From positions 1 to 28,418 of the forward strand of contig NIVC01005023.1 in assembly GCA_002269645.1 (NCBI GenBank): DNA of 28,418 nt, given 5' to 3'. Under the pieces are notes generated by a model. It did no database searches. It was not told the origin of the DNA and saw nothing but the letters and a program-made list of their open reading frames with translations. This document shows, piece after piece, positions 20,400 to 28,418 of this stretch. The position numbers were made by a program, and so were the translations under genes. Numbering within the stretch: the stretch's first letter is position 1; the number at the start of each line of letters is the position of its first letter. Source of the stretch: Macrostomum lignano. Its lineage: Eukaryota.

Positions 20400-23300
20400 C
20401 TGGAGAGATGAGGTTTCGATTCGATCATAAATTAACCTGCTTAAGCTGGCTTCCAAACGTATGAGATCTTTACAGCATTCAAATTAACTATTCAATTGCG
20501 CCAGAAGCAGAAGAATACTGAGAACTTTTCTGAGTGGGTTTGTTTTACTTTTTGATTTACTGCTATTGAAGTGCGACAAAATTCAGGATTCTAAGAAATA
20601 ATCTTTGGGAAGATAATTCTGAGGGTGGTAACTTGACCTCCCCTGGATGCTTTAACAACTGACGAGTCACTTGACCCCTAGTAGATTTGAAGTTACCCCC
20701 TTCAACTTCAGATGGGGGTCACTTTGACCTCGCTGTCTTAGGCACAGAACTTTCCATGGGGGGTCGATTGACCTCCCTGCCTTAGGCACAAAATTTTCCT
20801 CGGGGGGTCAATTGACCTCCCTATCTTAGACACAAAACTTTCCAAGGTGTTCAATTGACCTCGCTGCCTCAGCCTCTGACACAAAATTTTCAACGGGAGG
20901 TCAATTGTCCTTCCCTGTCTTAGCCACAAAAACTTCCAACGGGGGTCAATTGACCTTCCCAAGGTTTTGCGAATGTGACCTCAAGGCAGAGGGACAGAAA
21001 GAGGATGTCGCTCACCTGGCCTCCATGTCGTCGTCCTCGCCGCCCCAGCCCCAGAACAGATTGGAGTAGCCGTTCACCTTCAGGAAGTGGCGGACCGGCA
21101 TGGCCAGGACCCCGCCCACCAGCTGCTTGTAGGGGAGACTGCAATTATGGTGGCGATGACGGGCGAGTGAGATTACCTGCTTAAATACCTACTGATATTG
21201 TCACTTAATGACTAACTGGGTCACCTGCTCTTCTAATTAGACTAATTGCGTCAACTGATCCCTAATGAGACTAATTGGGTCACCTGATACCCTAATGAGA
21301 CTAATTAAGTCACCTGATCCCTAATGAGACTAATTGGGTCACATGATCGCCTAATGAGACTAATTGGATCACCTGATACCCTAATGAGACTAATTAAGTC
21401 ACCTGATCCCTAATGAGACTAATTAAGTCACCTGATCCCTAATGAGACTAATTAAATCACCTGATCCCTAATGAGACTAATTGGGTCACATGATCGCCTA
21501 ATGAGACTAATTGGGTCACCTGATACCCTAATGAGACTAATTAAGTCAGCTGATCCCTAATGAGACTAATTAAATCACCTGATCCCTAATGAGACTAATT
21601 GGGTCACCTAATCGCCTAATGAGACTAATTGGATCACCTGATACCCTAATGAGACTAATTAAGTCACCTGATCCCTAATGAGACTAATTAAGTCACCTGA
21701 TCTTCTAATGAGACTAATTGCGTCACCTGATACCCTAATGAGACTAATTTTGTCACCTGATCTTCTAATGAGACTAATTGTGTCACCTGATCTTCTAATG
21801 AGACTAATTGGGTCACCTGATCCCCTAATGAGACTAATTGGATCACATGATACCCTAATGAGACTAATTAGGTCACCAGATCTCCTAATGAAACTAATTG
21901 AGTCCCCTATTGAGACTAATTGGATCACCTGATCCCCTATTGAGACTAATTGGATCACCTGATCCCCTATTGAGACTAATTGGATCACCTGATCCCCTAT
22001 TGAGACTAATTGGATCACCTGATCCCCTATTGAGACTAATTGGATCACCTGATCCCCTATTGAGACTAATTGGATCACCTGATCCCCTATTGAGACTAAT
22101 TGGATCACCTGATCCCTATTGAGACTAATTGGATCACCTGATCCCCTATTGAGACTAATTGGATCACCTGATCCCCTATTGAGACTAATTGGATCACCTG
22201 ATCCCCTATTGAGACTAATTGGATCACCTGATCCCCTATTGAGACTAATTGGATCACCTGATCCCCTATTGAGACTAATTGGATCATCTGATCCCCCAGA
22301 TCCCCAGCAATTGTCAGCGAATGGCAGCTCACGAGTAGCCGAACTTGTCAATGGACACACTGATGTGCCGGGGGTAGGCGGGGCAGTTGTACGGCACGAA
22401 CGGATTCGTTGGCAGCAGGTCGACATCGTGAAACACGACGCAATCGAAGCGACGAAGCTGTCGAACGCTTTCTAAGAATGCCGCATTCATCAGTTTGGCC
22501 TTGTTGAACGTGGCGTTGCCGTACTGTTGGTGCGCGTAAAAGTGCATAAAAATAACCCTGGAGCTTGAGGTTATGTCTGTTCCTAAATTCCTATTTATTT
22601 TGAAACTTATTAGTAGGCTTTGGGTTAGTGTTCAGGAGTTAGGGTCACGGTTAGTCTTTTGGGTTATGGGTTGGTGTAGGGTTATGGTTAGGGTTAGGGT
22701 TATGACTAGGGTTATGGTTATAGTTAGGGTATGACTAGGGTTATGGTTATGGTTAGGGTTATGGTTATGGTTTGGGTTATGGTTAGGGTTATGTTTAGGG
22801 TTATGGTTAGGGTTATGGTTATGGTTTGGGTTATGGTTAGGGTTATGGTTAGGGTTATGGTTTGGGTTATGGTTTGGGTTATGGTTTGGGTTATGGTTAG
22901 GGTTATGGTTATGGTTTGGGTTATGGTTAGGGTTATGGTTAGGGTTATGGTTTGGGTTATGGTTTGGGTTATGGTTTGGGTTATGGTTAGGGTTATGGTT
23001 AGGGTTATGGTTAGGGTTATGGTTAGTGTTATGGTTTGGGTTATGGTTATGGTTATGGTTTGGGTTATGGTTATGGTTAGGGTTATGGTTATGGTTAGGG
23101 TTATGGTTATGGTTAGGGTTATGGTTATGGTTAGGGTTATGGTTATGGTTATGGTTTGGGTTATGGTTATGGTTAGGGTTAGGGTTAGGGTTATGGTTAG
23201 GGTTAGGGTTAGGGTTGGGGTTTTAACTTAACAGAGGTCTTTGAACAAGCCTAACGTTTTTATTTTCAAATAACTTTGAAGTCGGTAGAACAGGATGAGG

Positions 23301-26300
23301 ATGCCAATTTGATGGGTTTTTAGCTAAACAGCTTGCACGAGCTACTTTAGAAGTAAAATGTTATTACAATTGTATTTTACTAATATGCAAGGAAAAAAAC
23401 GCAAATTTTACTACTGTAGCGACTTCTGTTCTCCTTTAGTTCACCTTGCACTCTTTGTTGTTTACTCTCTCTCTCTCTCTCTCGTGCAATTAAGCCTTTC
23501 TCTCTCTCACCCTCTCTTCACTCTGATTGGTCCTCACTTCGTCCCTCTTTAGCCTCTCGTTCTCACTTCACCCTCCATTCTTTTGCGTAGCTAACCAACC
23601 CCCTTTCTGCGTGCCTTTACCCCCCCCCCCCTGCGCCCCATGATTCTAATCAGAATCAGAATCAGCTCAGCTCAGCTCAGCTCAGTTTCTGTGAGTGACC
23701 CATGATACTGTTGTGGGCTTCGCTCACTGACTCTACACTGACCCCTTCTGTCTTAATATTTTAGGTTTAGGAAGCTCAATTTAGATTAGTTAGTCTTGTT
23801 TATTTTATTGACAACTACTCAAAATATGAGTAGTAGATGAGTCACATCTACTACAAGACACAACAGAGAAAGGGATAGAGACACAACAGAGACACGGATT
23901 GGGACACAACAGAGACATGGATAGGGACACAACAGAGACAGGGATAGGGACACAACAGAGACACCGATAGGGACACAACAGAGACACGGATAGGGACACA
24001 ACAGAGACAGGGATAGAGACACAACAGAGACACGGATAGGGACACAACAGAGACACGGATAGGGACACAACAGAGACACGGATAGGGACACAACAGAGAC
24101 ACGGATAGGGACACAACAGAGACAGGGATAGAGACACAACAGAGACACGGATAGGGACACAACAGAGACACGGATAGGGACACAACAGAGACAGGGATAG
24201 AGACACAACAGAGACAGGGATAGGGACACAACAGAGACAGGGATAGGGACACAACAGACACACGGATAGAGACACAACAGAGACAGGGATAGAGACACAA
24301 CAGAGACACGGATAGGGACACAACAGAGACACGGATAGAGACACAACAGAGACACGGATAGGGACACAACAGAGACACGGATAGGGACACAACAGAGACA
24401 CGGATAGGGACACAACAGAGACAGGGATAGGGACACAACAGACACGGATAGGGACACAACAGAGACACGGATAGGGACACAACAGAGACAGGGATAGGGA
24501 CACAACAGAGACACGGATAGGGACACAACAGAGACACGGATAGGGACACAACAGAGACACGGATAGGGACACAACAGAGACATGGATAGGGACACAACAG
24601 AGACAGGGATAGGGACACAACAGAGACACCGATAGGGACACAACAGAGACACCGATAGGGACACAACAGAGACACGGATAGGGACACAACAGAGACACCG
24701 ATAGGGACACAACAGAGACACGGATAGGGACACAACAGAGACACGGATAGGGACACAACAGAGACACGGATAGGGACACAACAGAGACATGGATAGGGAC
24801 ACAACAGAGACACGGATAGGGACACAACAGAGACACGGATAGGGACACAACAGAGACACGGATAGGGACACAACAGAGACACCGATAGGGACACAACAGA
24901 GACACGGATAGGGACACAACAGAGACACGGATAGGGACACAACAGAGACACGGATAGGGACACAACAGACACGGATAGGGACACAACAGAGACACGGATA
25001 GGGACACAACAGAGACACGGATAGGGACACAACAGAGACACGGATAGGGACACAACAGAGACAGGGATAGAGACACAACAGAGACAGGGATAGAGACACA
25101 ACAGAGACACCGATAGGGACACAACAGAGACAGGGATAGAGACACAACAGAGACACCGATAGGGACACAACAGAGACACGGATAGGGACACAACAGAGAC
25201 AGGGATAGAGACACAACAGAGACAGGGATAGGGACACAACAGAGACACGGATAGGGACACAACAGAGACACGGATAGGGACACAACAGAGACAGGGATAG
25301 AGACACAACAGAGACAGGGATAGGGACACAACAGAGACACGGATAGGGACACAACAGAGACAGGGATAGAGACACAACAGAGACAGGGATAGAGACACAA
25401 CAGAGACAGGGATAGGGACACAACAGAGACACGGATAGGGACACAACAGAGACAGGGATAGGGACACAACAGAGACACGGATAGGGACACAACAGAGACA
25501 GGGATAGAGACACAACAGAGACAGGGATAGAGACACAACAGAGACAGGGATAGAGACACAACAGAGACAGGGATAGAGACACAACAGAGACAGGGATAGA
25601 GACACAACAGAGACAAAATATGAGTAGTAGATGAGGTGTTTGTTGCGAGTGGCACTCGTAACTATCTAGATATTCTAGTATTTGTGGGCCGTAGCTCTGT
25701 ATTTCAATTTAAGCCTAATTGATTTTTCTAAGGGACAATGCGCTCAATACTAAATTTTGACTCTTTTTAATTAACTTCATAACAATGTGTCTGAACATAT
25801 ACAGAGTTAAATGGGCCAAAGAGCAACGCCTTCCACTATGCGAAGAGCATTTTGCCTTGAATAATTTATTATTTTATCTTAAGCATGCTTCACCCGCAGT
25901 AGCCGGGGGATCTTCATTAATATATGATAAAATTTCGGTCAGGCGAGCCAAGCGCAGAGGGCGGCAAGGGACTAAGGAGAGACGATGAAGTCTGAGAAAA
26001 ATGTTTAGTAAATGATTAATGCTATGCGGTCCCGCTGCACCGCGTGGTGGGACATGAGGAATTTCACTCCAGTAAAAAATTGGAAGGGCTGCTGGCTCGG
26101 GGTTGAGAAAAAATAAGAAATTTCGGGGCGGAGTAAGCGCTGATGAAGGGGAGAGTGAGAGAGGAGCGGAGGCTGTGCGCCATGCTGCCAATGATTCAGC
26201 ACTTTTTGAGGAGCCCAACTTTATGATGGTAAACTTGAGACAAGTGGTTAACTTGTGCTAGGAGTGCCGCGAGCAGAGTGACTGGCGGACTGGTAGAGAA

Positions 26301-27836
26301 AAACTTCTGATGGACGAGTGACAGCGGGAGTGACCTTTTTAGTGAGAGGAGTGACAGAGAGTGACTTTTCTAGTGAGAGGAGTGACTGAGAGAGTGACAC
26401 TTCTACGAGAGGGGTGACAGAGAGAGTGACACTTCTAGAGAGAGGAAAGATTGTGAGAGTGACACTCCTAGAGAGAAGAGTGACTGTGAGAGTGACGCTC
26501 CTAGAGAGAAGAGTGACTGTGAGAGTGACACTCCTAGACAGAAGAGTGATTTGGGAGAGTGACACTCCTAGAGAGAAGAGTGACTGTGAGAGTGGCACTC
26601 CTAGAGAGAAGAGTGATTTGGGAGAGTGACACTCCTAGAGAGAAGAGTGACTGTGAGAGTGGCGCATTCAAACGGAGGTTTCAGAACTCCAGCATCGCAC
26701 GAGCTTACTGGCTGCCTGTCAGTTGCAGAGCAGAGCGGAGTGGCGACTCTGAGTGACATGAAAAGATGTTGACTGACACAGCCGGAGCCGCAATGTAATC
26801 AAACATGGGGCGGGCTCCCTCCCAAGCTGAAAGCCGCTTTGCGGACTTGAGAAATTAGAGCCAGCCCTCCGCTGTGACCGCCTTTCTCAATTCGGAAGTT
26901 CGGAGCAGTCGATGGAATTTCATTAAGGCCGCTGGATCCCCGCGTTTGCCTCGAGGGGAGAAGGGGAAGCGAGGGAGCCCCAATTTGGGAAGGCGCTCTA
27001 TTAGGAAGAATGGGGAAGAGACTCGTTGGGATGCGAGATCCCTTTCTACACGCTGGGAGTTTGAGAAACTGAGGCCGCACTTCCAGACCGGAAGTTCCAA
27101 GATGCGCGGAACTGAGGGCAACAACACATCCGCGTTAGAATAGGAGGCTGAGATCTTGATGAGGATGACCTCAGGCTCAGGGGCTGTTGCTAGGGCTCAA
27201 CGGGGCGTGGTTTCTTAGAATTAGCAGGGTTTCAGGGCCTTTAGGGGTGAGGGTCCTTCAGAAGGATCAGGGTGGCTCAGGGTGTGGGTCTTTCAGCAGG
27301 ATCAGGGGAGGTTCAGCGAGAGGATCCTTCAGAAGGATCAGGGTGGCTCAGGGTGTGGGTCCTTCAGGGCAGGTCCAGGAGGTCAGGGAGTGTGGGTCCT
27401 TCAGCAGGATCAGGGGAGATCCAGAGGGTTCAGTGTTGTGGATCCTTCAGGGAAGGTCCAGGAGGCTCAGGTTATGTAGGTCTCCCAGAATGAATGCGAC
27501 CGCAGCTCCCTGCACGCTAACCTAAGGAGTTCTCAGACCTTAAGACCGGATAGCCTAATTAGGCCTCACCTGCTCTCCAACCACAATGCTGTAGCAGAGC
27601 TGCTGCCGCTGCAGAATCGGGTGCAGGTAGCTCAGCAGAGCCGCCAGGTGCTGCTCCCGCTGCCTGTAGGGCACCAGGATGAGCACCGACTTGCCTGGCG
27701 AGCAGTCACTGGGAGCGTGATGACCGCCTGTGATGGGGTCGCTGGCCCAGGGGGGAATCCAGTGCGACTCGGCGTCCCGGCTGCTGTTGCCACCTGGCAG
27801 AGAGAGTTGACAGATGGAGGGTCGCATAGGGGCTCG
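20147..27836 (-). CDS. B4GALT: Glycosyltransferase family 7 (beta-1,4-galactosyl/N-acetylgalactosaminyltransferase), 5'-partial, 4 exons in window
   Basis: Exons: about 27836-27570, 22523-22333, 21138-21016, 20399-20147; phases are compatible. Motifs: ILVPYRQREQHL, FNKAKLMN, FHDVDLLP, DKFGYSLPYKQLVGG, NGYSNLFWGWGGEDDD, RMIRH, DGLNSL. The transmembrane anchor is absent, so upstream exon(s) should lie beyond 28418. Confidence 0.92.
20715..20960. repeat. About 44-bp tandem repeat (about 5 diverged copies) with palindromic core GGTCAATTGACC
   Basis: Units resemble CTTAGGCACAAAATTTTCC..GGGGGTCAATTGACCTCCCTG. Confidence 0.8.
21016..21138 (-). CDS. GT7 exon C (WGWGGEDDD)
   Basis: TTGCAG acceptor, donor GTGAGC; 123 nt, phase 2 to phase 2. 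The coding frame is missing from the ORF track. Confidence 0.93.
21206..22296. repeat. 29-30-bp minisatellite; variable block followed by a homogeneous block of GATCCCCTATTGAGACTAATTGGATCACCT
   Basis: Tandem units fill most of the GT7 intron between exons B and C. Confidence 0.97.
22333..22523 (-). CDS. GT7 exon B (DVD motif)
   Basis: CAACAG acceptor, YGNATFNKAKLMN..FHDVDLLP..DKFGYS, donor GTGAGC (phase 2). Confidence 0.92.
22621..23220. repeat. Interstitial telomere-like hexamer tract (GGTTAG/GGTTAT/GGTTTG)
   Basis: About 90 in-register hexamers in the core 22680-23220, with a degenerate left edge. Confidence 0.93.
23856..25613. repeat. 23-bp minisatellite ACACAACAGAGACACGGATAGGG, about 76 copies
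   Basis: The 23-aa period in all three minus-strand ORFs confirms a 23-nt unit. Confidence 0.98.
26315..26660. repeat. 33-bp minisatellite GAGAGTGACACTCCTAGAGAGAAGAGTGACTGT with a degenerate left end
   Basis: Tandem units; 11-aa period RVTLLERRVTV in the ORF track. Confidence 0.92.
27240..27470. repeat. Degenerate G-rich repeat (GGGTCCTTCAGCAGGATCAGGG-like)
   Basis: Recurrent GTCCTTCAG/GGATCAGGG words. Confidence 0.75.
27570..27836 (-). CDS. GT7 exon A (stem and start of the catalytic domain)
   Basis: GGHHAPSDC..VLILVPYRQREQHL..LQRQQLCYSIVVGEQ, donor GTGAGG. Probable acceptor CCCAG at 27837 (less certain). Confidence 0.85.
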
Positions 27837-27877
27837 CTGGGATGGTCCATAAGTCATGTTGTTAGCGATTTCGGATT

Positions 27878-28418
27878 GTCCTCTCTCTACCCCCTCTGCC
27901 CTGTCCTCTCTACTCCATCCTCTATGTACACCATCCTCTCTCTACCCATCCTCTCCTCTCACCCCATCCTCTCTCTACCCCATCCTCTCTCTACCCCATC
28001 CTCTCTCTACCCCATCCTCTCTCTACCCCATCCTCTCTCTACCCCATCCTCTATGTACACCATCCTCTCTCTACCCCATCCTCTCTCTACCCCATCCTCT
28101 CTCTACCCCATCCTCTCTCTACCCCATCCTCTATGTACACCATCCTCTCTCTACCCCATCCTCTCTCTACCCATCCTCTCTCTACCCATCCTCTCTCTAC
28201 CCCATCCTCTCTCTACCCCATCCCCTCTCTACCCCATCCTCTCTCTACCCCATCCTCTCTCTACTCCATCCTCTATGTACACCATCCTCTCTCTACCCAT
28301 CCTCTCTCTACCCATCCTCTCTCTACCCCATCCTCTCTCTACCCCATCCCCTCTCTACCCCCATCCTCTCTCTACCCATCCTCTCTCTACCCCATCCTCT
28401 CTCTACCCCTCCTCTCTC
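27878..28418. repeat. 16-17-bp pyrimidine-rich minisatellite CCATCCTCTCTCTACC(C), truncated by the window end
   Basis: Tandem units; probably within the upstream GT7 intron. Confidence 0.96.

Noticed and set aside
11717-22296. Arrays with 21-44-bp periodicity as CRISPR candidates
   Set aside because: Units are head-to-tail with no unique spacers, there are no cas genes, and the context is eukaryotic and intronic.
23805-25655. Three overlapping Cys-rich ORFs of about 600 aa (metallothionein- or keratin-like)
   Set aside because: All three frames are open only because the 23-bp unit has no stop on that strand. They give the same permuted peptide and lie inside a GT7 intron.
25785-27143. Short ORFs, small hairpins and TGATGA/CTGA words in the large GT7 intron (snoRNA, nested gene or TE relic)
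   Set aside because: I recognise no domain, and there is no terminal stem or suitable C/D spacing. It would need an Rfam/Dfam search.

Overview
Eukaryotic (animal) genomic DNA with spliced GT-AG genes. GC3-rich codons, dense intronic minisatellites and TTAGGG-like tracts would fit a flatworm such as Macrostomum, but that is inference only. Positions 1-9.3 kb hold three tandem + strand SVOP-like MFS transporter paralogues sharing one intron position: copy 1 is heavily frameshifted, copy 2 has about 3 frameshifts, copy 3 is intact. A 9-exon SWAP70/DEF6-like gene (EF-hand, PH, coiled coil) lies on the - strand at 11.1-17.3 kb, with a probable alternative last exon. The 3' four exons of a GT7 beta-1,4-galactosyl/GalNAc-transferase lie on the - strand at 20.1-27.8 kb; its 5' part is outside the window. 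About 40% of the sequence after 9.5 kb is tandem repeat, and the long ORFs there are repeat artefacts. The most unusual items are: a tRNA-derived SINE-like element flanked by an 11-bp telomeric-repeat duplication, a 1.76-kb minisatellite bracketed by 22-bp direct repeats and hairpins, a Tyr289-to-Leu GT7 specificity switch, patchwork identity among the transporters, and a stop-free 3n intron. No CRISPR array, prokaryotic system or autonomous transposon was found.
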